DNA of 64,000 bases from a bacterium (GTDB lineage Bacteria > Zhuqueibacterota > QNDG01 > DSAB01): assembly GCA_016931965.1 (NCBI GenBank), contig JAFGDT010000086.1, positions 129,142 to 193,141 of the forward strand, read 5' to 3'. Under the pieces are notes generated by a model. The model was given only the letters and a program-made list of their open reading frames with translations. It made no database searches and was not told the DNA's origin. Position numbers and translations under genes: made by a program. Below, piece after piece: positions 19,932 to 30,045 of the stretch. Each line of letters begins with the position of its first letter. Position 1 is the stretch's first letter.

Positions 19932-22316
19932 CTACGCATTCCACAAATTGAACATCACCAACAATTCTTGCTCGGCTCTTGCCATACTTTCGAGAGATTT
20001 TGCCAAGGTAGCGACACCGTCTAATTGAGCACTCATCTCTTGGGTAGAAACATTGACTTCTTTCACAACCGAGCTGTTCTTTTCACTGACGGCCGATACA
20101 TTTCCCATTGCTTCGCCTACTTGATGTGAGAAATCTCTCATCTTCGTCATCGATGAAGCAATATTATACATACGCTTTTGATCAACCTTAACCAACTTAC
20201 GAATATCATCCAGTGCCATAACGGCTTTATCAGTCAGACCGGCTGATTCTTTCACTTTCTCCAGGCCGTCTCCCATGACTTTTTCAACCTGGCTGATTCC
20301 TCTTTGAATGGTATCAACAAGACCGATAATCTCACCGGTCGCCTTCGCTGTATTTTTTGCCAACTTACGAATCTCATCAGCAACAACAGCAAACCCTTTC
20401 CCGTATTCTCCTGCACTTGCCGCTTCAATGGCTGCATTCAAACCGAGCACATTCACACGAGACGCGATGTCATCGATCAATTCAACAATCACATCAATTC
20501 TCTCTGAATGTTTTTCTAAATCCTCGACGATATGCCAGGTATCACCAACCGATTTCTCAATTGTTTTCATGCTCGACAGAGTCTTTTCCATAGCCTGGGT
20601 CCCTGCACCCACTGCGTTGACCGTACTTTCAGCAGCAGAGGCACTCTCCTCCGCTTCTCTGCTGACGCTGTTGATGTTATTGAGTAAATCTTCTAAATAC
20701 CTACTGGTACGATCTACTTGTTCATTTTGTGTTGCGGTTCCCTTAGCCATATCACCCATTGCTTTATTGATCTGTGAGGTTGCTTGATTCACCTGTCCTG
20801 TACTGGCGGCCAGATTCTGACTTAAACCCATTAATTTCTGGGCTTGATCTGATATGGTATAAACAAGGCTGCGTAAACTGCTCGGTTCACTGTTAAAGGT
20901 CACCACAGGGATACCCGCCCTGACGGCTTTATTGATATACGGAATCAAGTGCCGATCTACAACCAATGTCGCAATGGCATCAACACCTTGAGTAATAAGC
21001 GATTCAATCACTTCACCATAAACCTGGGCGCTGTGATCATTATTTTTTCTGGCTTTCTCTGGATATATCCATTCAACTTCTGCGTTATGGGATTTTAATT
21101 TTTTCGCCGCAGCCAGTGTTCCTTCTTTTACAGGAATCCAGAATGCCGAAGTTTCTCTGCCCAAAGCAGCAATGCGTAGTTTTTTCGGGGATTCCTTATC
21201 AACGGGTTTTGCCAGTCGATCGAGTGCTTCTTGAGACTGAATCAATCCTTTACCGGGTTCCCAAAACTGTTTATAATTTTTCGAGGTGACAACATCCATT
21301 TTTGTGAGAAGACGATGCACAGGGGGTTGCCATCCATCGGCTACATGATTAAAAAGATAAATGACAGGATTATATCCCTGGGCAAAAGGATCCTGTCCCA
21401 ATGTAGCGTTGATAATTCCGTCCTTGACATACTCCATGGTTTCATCGGTTAAGTCGTGCCCCACGATGGTAATCTGTTTCACCTTTTTTGCTTCAACGAC
21501 GGCTCTAGCTACACCAGGCGGAGTGGCACCCGTCGTAATGTAAATGCCTGCAAGGTTGGGAAACTGTTTGAGCAATTCAGTTGTTTGTTTGCAAGCCAAA
21601 TCCTCCAATTCATTGTCTTCAGAAACATGCACAATTTGAATATTCGGATACTGCTCCCTGATCACACTTTCAAAACCCTTCCGCCTCAATTCAGCACCTG
21701 TAGCCGTAAAAGAACTTGTCGAAATCGCTACTTCACCCTTTCCGCTCAAAGCTTCCCCCATTACATCACCACAGCGACGCCCTTCTAAATAGGAATCGGC
21801 TCCGACATAACAGAGTCGTAAACTGGGTGTATTGGTCAGTTTATTAAATTCCTCTGCCGTTTCTTGAAGACTGCTGATCACATTGTTGAATATATCCACA
21901 AACTGACTCAATTCAGGATCTTCGGACAGAGGCAATTTTTTCGACTGGATGGATAAATCGACAGTAAAATTGCCTTGTGTTAATTCAATCATCGCTGCAG
22001 ATAAAGAAGGACAGTCTTTTTTTGTAAGACTTTGACCTGCTTCCATCAATGCATCCATCGGTTTAACCACTTTGCGCAAAACCAACCACATCAATCCTGC
22101 AAGAATGAAAAACCCAAAAAAGAATCCTGTTATGAACAAGATTCTTGGTAACAGAAGCATCGAACCTGAAACCGACGGTTTCATGGCAGATAAAGTATGC
22201 TCAAGAAAAATATAACCTGCAACCACAACCACGAATGTAACAACAAGCAACACAAATCCATAGATCAACAGTTTGTGGCGTGGAATGGTCCGAATAAAAT
22301 TGAAATTCATAAGCAC
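19932..22316 (-). CDS. Methyl-accepting chemotaxis protein with cytoplasmic circularly permuted sugar-binding domain
   Basis: Two TM helices, HAMP-like segment, RbsB-type domain halves in swapped order, MCP hairpin tip IASRVNVLGLNAAIEAASAGEYGKGFAVVADEIRKLA. Confidence 0.9.
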   Translation of the reverse strand: MLMNFNFIRTIPRHKLLIYGFVLLVVTFVVVVAGYIFLEHTLSAMKPSVSGSMLLLPRILFITGFFFGFFILAGLMWLVLRKVVKPMDALMEAGQSLTKKDCPSLSAAMIELTQGNFTVDLSIQSKKLPLSEDPELSQFVDIFNNVISSLQETAEEFNKLTNTPSLRLCYVGADSYLEGRRCGDVMGEALSGKGEVAISTSSFTATGAELRRKGFESVIREQYPNIQIVHVSEDNELEDLACKQTTELLKQFPNLAGIYITTGATPPGVARAVVEAKKVKQITIVGHDLTDETMEYVKDGIINATLGQDPFAQGYNPVIYLFNHVADGWQPPVHRLLTKMDVVTSKNYKQFWEPGKGLIQSQEALDRLAKPVDKESPKKLRIAALGRETSAFWIPVKEGTLAAAKKLKSHNAEVEWIYPEKARKNNDHSAQVYGEVIESLITQGVDAIATLVVDRHLIPYINKAVRAGIPVVTFNSEPSSLRSLVYTISDQAQKLMGLSQNLAASTGQVNQATSQINKAMGDMAKGTATQNEQVDRTSRYLEDLLNNINSVSREAEESASAAESTVNAVGAGTQAMEKTLSSMKTIEKSVGDTWHIVEDLEKHSERIDVIVELIDDIASRVNVLGLNAAIEAASAGEYGKGFAVVADEIRKLAKNTAKATGEIIGLVDTIQRGISQVEKVMGDGLEKVKESAGLTDKAVMALDDIRKLVKVDQKRMYNIASSMTKMRDFSHQVGEAMGNVSAVSEKNSSVVKEVNVSTQEMSAQLDGVATLAKSLESMARAEQELLVMFNLWNA

Positions 22317-22488
22317 CTCTACTTGATCAAAAGAATAAAGAATTACATTTCGAAATACATTTTAAATCTGAAAACCGTCATCCCATAGTTGTTATATTAA
22401 ATAACTTTTTAATAATTAGTACATTAATCATATCCATAATGAACATCAATATTTGTAAAAACAACCTTTGGGACACTTCCCTATCCAA

Positions 22489-22505
22489 TGCAAAACCCCT
22501 GCCAA
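22489..22505 (-). promoter_or_regulatory. Sigma54 -24/-12 promoter upstream of the chemoreceptor
   Basis: Minus strand TTGGCAGGGGTTTTGCA, exact GG-N10-GC spacing. Confidence 0.75.
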
Positions 22506-22664
22506 TGAAGTTAGTTTGGTTAAAAATGAGCTTTATATTTTACGAACAGTTGAATTTGCAAAATAAGTTAATTATATTTTCCTCATGCCAAATAGTATTT
22601 TCAATTTATACAATATTACATCCTGCAATATTTTTTATCAATAAATCGTCCGGAATTTTCCAAT

Positions 22665-23417
22665 ATGACTGAAGGGTTGAAACTATTGCTGTTATTCGTT
22701 ATTGGTACACTTTCCAGCATTATCAATGTCAATGCTGGAGGAGGATCATCCATCACACTGCCAGCACTGATCTTTATTGGATTGGAGAGTGGTATTGCCA
22801 ATGGAACCAACCGTATTGGCATTTTGATACAGAATCTATTTGCCGTTTCATCATTTCGAAATCAAAACATTTACAAATTTAAAGAAAGTCTCTTTCTGGC
22901 AATTTTTACACTGCCTGGCGCTATCATCGGAGCTATTTTATCCATAAGAATAAACAGCCAATGGTTTCAACGGATTCTGGCTATTGTGATGATAGGTATT
23001 GTATTGACGATACTCTTTACCCATTCATCAAGTAAATTCAAACAGATCTCCAGCAAAAAGAAAAAAAACTGGCTTATTTATCCTGCACTGCTTGGTATCG
23101 GATTTTACGGAGGATTCATACAGATCGGTGTGGGCTTCCTCCTCATGGCATCTCTGTTTCACCTTTTAAAAATAGATCTTATCCAAGTCAATATGCACAA
23201 AGTGTTCATTATTTGTCTTTACACCTTACCTGCTCTAACTGTTTTTATCGTCACAGGTAATCTCAATTGGAAATACGGATGCATGCTTGCTTCGGGTATG
23301 GCTCTAGGGGGGTGGATTGGAGCTAGAATCGCCATAAAGGGAGGTGACAAGGTGATTCGAATCATTCTCGCCGTGGCTATTCTATTAATGGCTCTGAAAC
23401 TACTCGGACTTTTCTAA
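22665..23417 (+). CDS. TauE/SafE family (sulfite exporter-like) membrane protein
   Basis: AGGGSSITLPAL, ANGTNR, GFYGGFIQIGVG. Confidence 0.88.
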   Translation: MTEGLKLLLLFVIGTLSSIINVNAGGGSSITLPALIFIGLESGIANGTNRIGILIQNLFAVSSFRNQNIYKFKESLFLAIFTLPGAIIGAILSIRINSQWFQRILAIVMIGIVLTILFTHSSSKFKQISSKKKKNWLIYPALLGIGFYGGFIQIGVGFLLMASLFHLLKIDLIQVNMHKVFIICLYTLPALTVFIVTGNLNWKYGCMLASGMALGGWIGARIAIKGGDKVIRIILAVAILLMALKLLGLF

Positions 23418-23542
23418 TAACTGATTTTAAGACATACAATTTGTCAGTCTATTAAAATAAATAAGCAAACACCTTTATCCTCTAAAATGGTGGGGATGAT
23501 CTGGTAATCCTTGCATCAAAATACATCACCATCAAACACGAT

Positions 23543-23782
23543 TCAAGGTGCCGTTAGAAACCTGAAACCAAAATAGAGTAATGCCGCAAAAAGAATGGCA
23601 AACAAAACAATATAGGCAAATCGCATCCATCTCGGCCGGTCCTTTAAATCTGAAAATTGAATCGGCGGGTACTTTCTTTGACTGATATCTCCAAAATCCC
23701 GGTAGTGATTAAAGACATACTGACAGTGATTGCATTTTGGAGAATCATCCGGTGTTTCATGACCACAACTTGGACATATCAT
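23543..23782 (-). CDS. Small zinc-ribbon membrane protein
   Basis: CPSCG..CNHC followed by a C-terminal TM helix; RBS ggaggcgg upstream. Confidence 0.75.
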   Translation of the reverse strand: MICPSCGHETPDDSPKCNHCQYVFNHYRDFGDISQRKYPPIQFSDLKDRPRWMRFAYIVLFAILFAALLYFGFRFLTAP

Positions 23783-23842
23783 TTCAACCGCCTCCTGTGA
23801 ATCCTTTTGTCTTTCCGATTTTGATGATTAAAATACCATCCC

Positions 23843-25000
23843 TTATTTCTCTTTGACAAATAATAACATGATAAGAGATACAACAGTTAAACCCAATGAA
23901 AAATAAAAGGGCGCAGTGCTGTTGATCCGATCCCAGAAAACTCCCGCAAGAAAGGAAGCCGGAAATGCACACAATCCAATAACCATCTGAAAACCACCCA
24001 AACTGCTTGCCCGATATTGGACAGGAGCAAGCTCTGAGACAAATGTTTTTTGCACCGGCTCCAACGCTCCTTTATGCAAACCATATAGAATAAATGTGAG
24101 AATGGTTGTATAGTTGTTTTGAATATAAATCATACTCAGACAACAAATTCCCCAAAACATAAATGAAACCATCAATACAGACTTTCTGCCAATTCGATCG
24201 GATAATTTCCCGAAAGGTAAAGAAAAAAGAGAAGCGACTGCTGTAAATACAAGATACATGACGGGCACAAATTCTGTCTGTAAATGGAACTTTTTTGCAT
24301 AGATCAATAAAAAAGAATAGCTGAAAGAACCCAAAGCAAAAATCGAGCTCAACAAAAGAAATAATTTATAATTTGGGTCGAAATCCCTGAATGAAAGGCC
24401 TTTGTAGAGTTTATGATGAATCTCCTTTTTTTCTTGAATAAAGAAAAAAATAAGCAGTACGCCTACCATTGACGGAATTGATGCAATTAAAAATAATTTT
24501 TTAAATCCCAAAGATTTGAAAAACAATATACATACCGTAATACCGAATAGAGCACCCATGTGATCCATCATTCTCAGTAAACCAAAATTTCTTCCTCTGA
24601 ACCTTTTGGGGGAGATATCGGCAACAATGGCATCTCTGGGTGCGCTTCTTATTTTTCCAGCCCTGTCCAAAATCCGAAACAGGACCAAATGCTGCCACAC
24701 CATCGACAAAGCATAACCGATTCGTGACAAAGAACCGAAAAGATATCCAGTCCAGACAAAAACCTTCCTTCTCTGGATTCTGTCTGATAGATAACCGGAA
24801 ACGGCTTGGGATATCGAAACAACAGCCTCACCCAGACCATCGATCAATCCGAGAACAGCCATATTGGTACCTAAAAAGGAAGTTACAAATAGTGGCCATA
24901 TCGGATAGATCATATCTGAGCCGAAATCATTGAGAAATGACGCGAGGGCAAATAATCTCACTGTTTTCTTTGATCGATTCTGTATCTCATTCATCTTCAT
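23843..25000 (-). CDS. MFS transporter
   Basis: SFLNDFGSDMIYP, GYLSDRIQRRK, DRAGKIRSAPRDA, GKLSDRIGRK. Confidence 0.9.
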   Translation of the reverse strand: MKMNEIQNRSKKTVRLFALASFLNDFGSDMIYPIWPLFVTSFLGTNMAVLGLIDGLGEAVVSISQAVSGYLSDRIQRRKVFVWTGYLFGSLSRIGYALSMVWQHLVLFRILDRAGKIRSAPRDAIVADISPKRFRGRNFGLLRMMDHMGALFGITVCILFFKSLGFKKLFLIASIPSMVGVLLIFFFIQEKKEIHHKLYKGLSFRDFDPNYKLFLLLSSIFALGSFSYSFLLIYAKKFHLQTEFVPVMYLVFTAVASLFSLPFGKLSDRIGRKSVLMVSFMFWGICCLSMIYIQNNYTTILTFILYGLHKGALEPVQKTFVSELAPVQYRASSLGGFQMVIGLCAFPASFLAGVFWDRINSTAPFYFSLGLTVVSLIMLLFVKEK

Positions 25001-25125
25001 TTCTGCTTTTTCATATAATGAGCTTTTTGGAGATTCAATTCACACCTCTTTTCCCCTGCCATCAGTTATCGTTTCTATATTAAAATCTTTCTGCAATAAA
25101 ACAAGAAAAAAAATAAAAAAGCGAA

Positions 25126-25268
25126 GTGAAAATTTGACAAATGCCAAATGTCATATTGACAATAATAATCGTATGAACGTGTCGATATGGCATAAACAAT
25201 TTTAAATAAAAAATATGCATTTAATATATTATAAACAGACTCTTATATGCTTTGGTATATGAGTTGCT
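25126..25268 (+). promoter_or_regulatory. Sigma54 promoter with putative upstream activator sites for the hsp20 operon
   Basis: TTGGTATATGAGTTGCT at 25252-25268 (GG-N10-GC); palindrome TGTCAtatTGACA at 25149-25161 with degenerate relatives at 25126-25139 and 25180-25192. Confidence 0.65.
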
Positions 25269-25346
25269 GAAATAATAACTTGGAAAACAAAATATAGTGA
25301 TGTTTGAAAAATGTACTTTAACATCAAATGAAAGGAGGAATGAACT

Positions 25347-25787
25347 ATGTTATTCGATGATGACATGATTCGATGGAATCCTTGGAGAGAATTACCGAGG
25401 ATCCAAAGAGAGATGAACCGTCTTTTTGAAAATGCCTGGTCACCACAGGTGATTCCATTCCCTCCTGTGAATATTTACACCAACAAAGATGAAGCGATGG
25501 TCACTGCTGAATTGCCGGGAATGGAACAGAAAGACATTCATATCTCGATTTTGAACAATACGATTACTATCGAAGGGAACCGAGTACCTGAGGATTTAAA
25601 AGAAGGCGAAGCCCTCCACAGGCAGGAAAGAAATTATGGATCTTTTAAACGGTCATTTGAATTGCCATTTCCGGCAAACACAGATAAAGTAGAAGCCAAT
25701 TTAAAAAACGGTGCGCTCATCGTGAGACTCCCCCGAGCAGAAGAAGACAAACCTAAACAAATTGAGATTTCGGGATCTGGAAAATAG
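25347..25787 (+). CDS. Hsp20/alpha-crystallin small heat-shock protein 1
   Basis: QREMNRLF, AELPG, ERNYGSFKRSF, ANLKNGAL. Confidence 0.95.
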   Translation: MLFDDDMIRWNPWRELPRIQREMNRLFENAWSPQVIPFPPVNIYTNKDEAMVTAELPGMEQKDIHISILNNTITIEGNRVPEDLKEGEALHRQERNYGSFKRSFELPFPANTDKVEANLKNGALIVRLPRAEEDKPKQIEISGSGK

Positions 25788-25804
25788 AAAAGGAGGTGAC
25801 AAAA

Positions 25805-26203
25805 ATGGCAGAAAAGACAACAACCGTCAAGAAAAAGGAGACTGAGGATGTTTCCACAGTTGAAAGAACACGGTCCAGTCGGTGCTTTGTACCACTGACC
25901 GATATCATAGAAAATGAGGAAGAGATCATTCTCACAGCGGACATGCCGGGTGTGGATCAGAAGTCGATCGACGTCACTCTTGAAAACAATCAATTAACCA
26001 TTCAGGGATACGTCAAAGAGAGAATTCCTGAAGCATTTCGTCTGGTACATACGGAATATGATGTGGGTGATTTCTACCGCTCCTTTACACTGAGCGATAC
26101 CATTGACAGAAATAAAATCGAGGCAAGTATAAAAAATGGTGTACTGAAACTGCGGCTGCCCAAAGCCGATGAAGCCAAAGCCAGGAAAATCACAGTGAAT
26201 TGA
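25805..26203 (+). CDS. Hsp20/alpha-crystallin small heat-shock protein 2
   Basis: ADMPGV, FYRSFTL, ASIKNGVLKLRLPK. Confidence 0.95.
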   Translation: MAEKTTTVKKKETEDVSTVERTRSSRCFVPLTDIIENEEEIILTADMPGVDQKSIDVTLENNQLTIQGYVKERIPEAFRLVHTEYDVGDFYRSFTLSDTIDRNKIEASIKNGVLKLRLPKADEAKARKITVN

Positions 26204-26249
26204 GCAGAACACAATCAATCCTTAAATCCCAAAAAGGAGGTGAAATCCT

Positions 26250-26750
26250 ATGTCCATTAAAGATCTGGTACCCATATCACGCAATAAAAAATACAATCCC
26301 ATACAACTTGCCGAAAAAAACAATCCTTTTGGTCTACTCCAACGGGAGATGAACAGGCTTTTCGACGATTTCTTTGGCGATTTTCGCTTGCCTTTCTTCC
26401 GAGAAAAATGGGCATCCCACTATCCACAAATAGACATGATCGAAACGGATAAAGACATCAAGATCACGGCGGAACTCCCTGGATTGGACAACAAGGATAT
26501 TGACATCACCCTGTCAAACAATATCTTAATATTGAGAGGGGAAAAACAGAAAGAAAAAGAAGAAAAGGGATCCAATACCATTCATGTCGAACGGCGTTAT
26601 GGCGCATTTCAGAGAGATATCCCTTTGCATTCTGAAATTGAATCCGATCAGATCAACGCTGTTTTTAAAAATGGCATACTGACGATTACGCTTCCGAAAA
26701 AACCGGAAAAAGAGAAAAAAGCAAAACAGATCGAAGTGAAAATTCTTTAA
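26250..26750 (+). CDS. Hsp20/alpha-crystallin small heat-shock protein 3
   Basis: QREMNRLFDDFF, AELPGL, ERRYGAFQR, AVFKNGILTITLPK. Confidence 0.95.
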   Translation: MSIKDLVPISRNKKYNPIQLAEKNNPFGLLQREMNRLFDDFFGDFRLPFFREKWASHYPQIDMIETDKDIKITAELPGLDNKDIDITLSNNILILRGEKQKEKEEKGSNTIHVERRYGAFQRDIPLHSEIESDQINAVFKNGILTITLPKKPEKEKKAKQIEVKIL

Positions 26751-26807
26751 AGAGGAAATAGACAATGTGAAAGGGATAATGGCATGTATTTATCTTTAGA
26801 GGAATAG

Positions 26808-26839
26808 AAACGGCCGATTTTATAATCGGCCGTTTTTTT
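26808..26839 (+). terminator. Intrinsic terminator after the hsp20 operon (possibly bidirectional)
   Basis: aaacggccgatt-ttat-aatcggccgttt plus U tract. Confidence 0.88.
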
Positions 26840-26899
26840 ATGAACAAAAGGATTGTTGCCTTTCTCAGGAAATTTCATTTTGGAGGAACAAACCAAGAA

Positions 26900-28216
26900 T
26901 TATGACCCTTGAGGCCTATCCTGACCCGGTACAGGGATGACGGCCTCTAAATCAACATCTCCCATTGCATATTCAGTCGGACCCAATCTCATATCTGAAG
27001 CCATCATCTCATCCCACGCCATCTCTCGGCCCGTGTACGCAGACTGCCTCCCCATAATGGCGGTCATGGTCGAAATAGCCGTATTCTTTGCTTCATTGAT
27101 CGGTTGATTTGTGCGGATGGCCGTAATCAGATCGATATGCTCCTGTACATAAGGTGTATCGCCTGTAATTTCCTTAATGGAACTGTCATACTCCCAGGCA
27201 ATATTGCCATCTTCTTTATAGATGGTATCTCTGCAGTTGGTCGATCCTTTCGTACCCACGATATATTCCGAAACATTATTGGCACATCCATGAATCTGCC
27301 TGCACATGCTGTGGACATGCATACCATTTGCCATTTCGAAATCGATATTAAAAAAATCGTACTGATCCCCCGTGACCCTTCGCATACGAGCTCCAAATCC
27401 TACGGCTTTCACTGGATGCATGCCCGTAAACCAGTTAATCACATCAATATTATGCACATGCTGTTCGACAATATGATCTCCCGAAAGCCAACACCAGTTG
27501 ACCCAATCTCTCAGCATTACCTCCATATCAGACCAATCTTCCTGACGCTCTCTGTACCACAGTTGCCCCTGGTTCCAGTAACAGCGAGCCGCCACAATTT
27601 CGCCAATGGCACCATCCGCTATCCGTTTATACGTTTCGACATAATCGTGCTGATGTCTTCTTTGCGTTCCTGTAACAACCTTCAATCCAAGCGTGGTGGC
27701 CTTGTCTGCAGTTTCCATGATCATTCGGATACCCACAGGATCCACAGCCACGGGTTTCTCCATAAATACATGTTTGCCTGCATTAACAGCTGCTGCAAAG
27801 TGTTCCGGTCTGAAATGGGGCGGTGTAGCCAGAATAACCATTTCTACATCTGTGTCCATCACCTTTTTGAAACCGTCAAATCCCACAAAACAGTGACCAT
27901 CGGGAATTTTCTTGCCCATTCTTTCCTCAACAGTTGCACGTGCGTTGTTGAGACGATCCTGAAAAGTATCTGCGAGCGCAGCGATTTCAAGGTTCGGACC
28001 AGCAGCAAGGAAATTCATGGCGGCACCTGTCCCGCGTCCACCGCAACCGATGAGTCCAACTTTAAGTAAGGGACCATTCGGAGCCACATCCAGCATTCGG
28101 GAAGCACTGGATTGAGCCATACCTCGACCATTTCCATAAGCCAACATCAGTGCTCCAGCGGCTGTGAGTGTACCGATAAAATCACGCCGCGACCATTTTA
28201 ATTCTTTTTTCTCCAT
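26900..28216 (-). CDS. Tat-exported Gfo/Idh/MocA family oxidoreductase
   Basis: SRRDFI twin-arginine signal; GLIGCGGRGTGA, TPPHFR, MEKP, EQHVHNID. Confidence 0.9.
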   Translation of the reverse strand: MEKKELKWSRRDFIGTLTAAGALMLAYGNGRGMAQSSASRMLDVAPNGPLLKVGLIGCGGRGTGAAMNFLAAGPNLEIAALADTFQDRLNNARATVEERMGKKIPDGHCFVGFDGFKKVMDTDVEMVILATPPHFRPEHFAAAVNAGKHVFMEKPVAVDPVGIRMIMETADKATTLGLKVVTGTQRRHQHDYVETYKRIADGAIGEIVAARCYWNQGQLWYRERQEDWSDMEVMLRDWVNWCWLSGDHIVEQHVHNIDVINWFTGMHPVKAVGFGARMRRVTGDQYDFFNIDFEMANGMHVHSMCRQIHGCANNVSEYIVGTKGSTNCRDTIYKEDGNIAWEYDSSIKEITGDTPYVQEHIDLITAIRTNQPINEAKNTAISTMTAIMGRQSAYTGREMAWDEMMASDMRLGPTEYAMGDVDLEAVIPVPGQDRPQGS

Positions 28217-28847
28217 TTTCCCCTCCTAATTTTTGAATGAGACGTACGATATTTTTAAAAGAATGAGACCGTTTTCCTGTCCTCATACCATCAATCGACG
28301 GATCATTTGGATTTCATCACACTTTCTCTTTGGATACACATTGAAACTGCGTATTGAACTATAACAACACAACCAAAAAAATAGACTCAAGATTATTCAA
28401 CCCACAACAGAATCCTATATTTTCATGTCGTTACAATTTGACACACTTAAAATCAATCTGAAAAGAGAGTTTATTGTCAATAAATACCATTTGAAGTATA
28501 ACAGATAAATCGGAATAAATCAAGCAAAAATTGGATTCATCACTGGAGGATCACACCGCTCCACTGATTGTCACCCAGACAGAAATTGACTGATTGATCC
28601 ACCTTTGTTCTCTTCATCGTTGGACATATAAGCTGTCTACACTGAAATAAGGAACAAATTCCCGATTTTTTTGTTTATTATAGCACGATAATATCATTGG
28701 GTATCGTTCGGTTTATAAAAAAATGTGTAAAATCCTTATGTGACAAAAAAAATAGGTGTTGACTATATGAAAAGGTTCTTTTACTTTTTTATTGATGATG
28801 CTATTTTGTGGAATTTTCTTAATATCTGCTTACACGGAAGGGCTCTA

Positions 28848-29573
28848 ATGTTAAAAAAATCGGCTTTATTATATACACTTGGGATCTTTTCAAGTTTTTT
28901 CCTGTTCTGCACTTCTACCCAATATCAAAGTCTGGACACAATACACAATTATGTAGGAAATAAAATATTAAGCATACAGAAGACAACGGGAGAAAATATC
29001 AATTTTGTAGAAGCTTCTGGTATAATCAATGGAGATAGCATTACTGTCAAAAAGACCATTCGAAAAGAAATCAACAAAGAGGATATTCAACTGTTAACCA
29101 CACTCTTTCATCGAATTGGACAGCCTTATAAATATAAGTTGATTACAAAAGACGGCCAGCAATACGATCTCCGTTCCTACAAGGAATTGGAAGACAATTT
29201 ACTGTGGATTGAGACAGACGAAGAAATGTCCATTCCATTGTCGGAAATTCAGGAAATAGAAATCCAAAAACGGGATCAAATTAAAGGCGGAATATGGGGA
29301 TTCGGAGTGGGTTTTTTGATAGGGGGAAACTGGGAAGCATTCAGAATATATGCCAGACCTCCGGCGGACAGAGGAACGATCTTAGGAGGCATTGCAAATG
29401 CAATGGTCAAAAGTATCGGTGTTGGTATTATTGTTCATCACATTGGTGCATGGATCAGTGCCCGAGATAAATATGTGCTCACCGCAGCGGTTGATTCAAC
29501 ACGCATAGACACAGAAATACCCACCGATTCGGTCAAACAGGAAATTGATATCAGAAAAATAAGACTATTTTAA
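28848..29573 (+). CDS. Hypothetical protein, probable lipoprotein with C-terminal Gly-rich hydrophobic helices
   Basis: ATG at 28848 with RBS; signal-like N-terminus ending FLFC; no recognisable family. Confidence 0.6.
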   Translation: MLKKSALLYTLGIFSSFFLFCTSTQYQSLDTIHNYVGNKILSIQKTTGENINFVEASGIINGDSITVKKTIRKEINKEDIQLLTTLFHRIGQPYKYKLITKDGQQYDLRSYKELEDNLLWIETDEEMSIPLSEIQEIEIQKRDQIKGGIWGFGVGFLIGGNWEAFRIYARPPADRGTILGGIANAMVKSIGVGIIVHHIGAWISARDKYVLTAAVDSTRIDTEIPTDSVKQEIDIRKIRLF

Positions 29574-29805
29574 AACCATCGCATCGAATCATTCCTTTTC
29601 TAAAACGAACTTTCTCGTTTCAAATCATATCAAAATCATGAAACAATAAAGAAAGATATGACCAGGAGACCATCAGATATTTTATATCAACAGATATTAT
29701 CCCGTTTCATCCATCGAAGTGCTCTTTTTTCCACCGAAAGTTGTTAAAATACCCGCCAGTTCTAATATGCTACAATACCAAAAAGATGTAAAGATGTTTT
29801 TTGCT

Positions 29806-29865
29806 TGAAAATGACTCAATAATTTATTATACTTTTCTCAATTCATAAAAATCTGAATCGATTCA
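29806..29865 (+). promoter_or_regulatory. Sigma70-type promoter with downstream operator-like palindrome
   Basis: TTGAAA-17 nt-TATACT; perfect palindrome TGAATCGATTCA at 29854-29865 with a LacI-like central CG. Confidence 0.5.
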
Positions 29866-30045
29866 AAGCAAAAAAGTATAAATCTGAAATCCATCTTTTG
29901 ACAACATCATCTTGACAATCCCTTCTCCCAGAGTTGATCGTGTTTCATTTCATATACGGGATTGTTTGCTTTACCCATAAAAGGTTGTCAATGGAACTCT
30001 CTTTGCAGCATATTTCATTTTTGGTTTAATACTAAGGAGAAAAAT

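Noticed and set aside
27104..28069. 321-aa plus-strand ORF
   Set aside because: Antisense to the well-supported Gfo/Idh/MocA gene.
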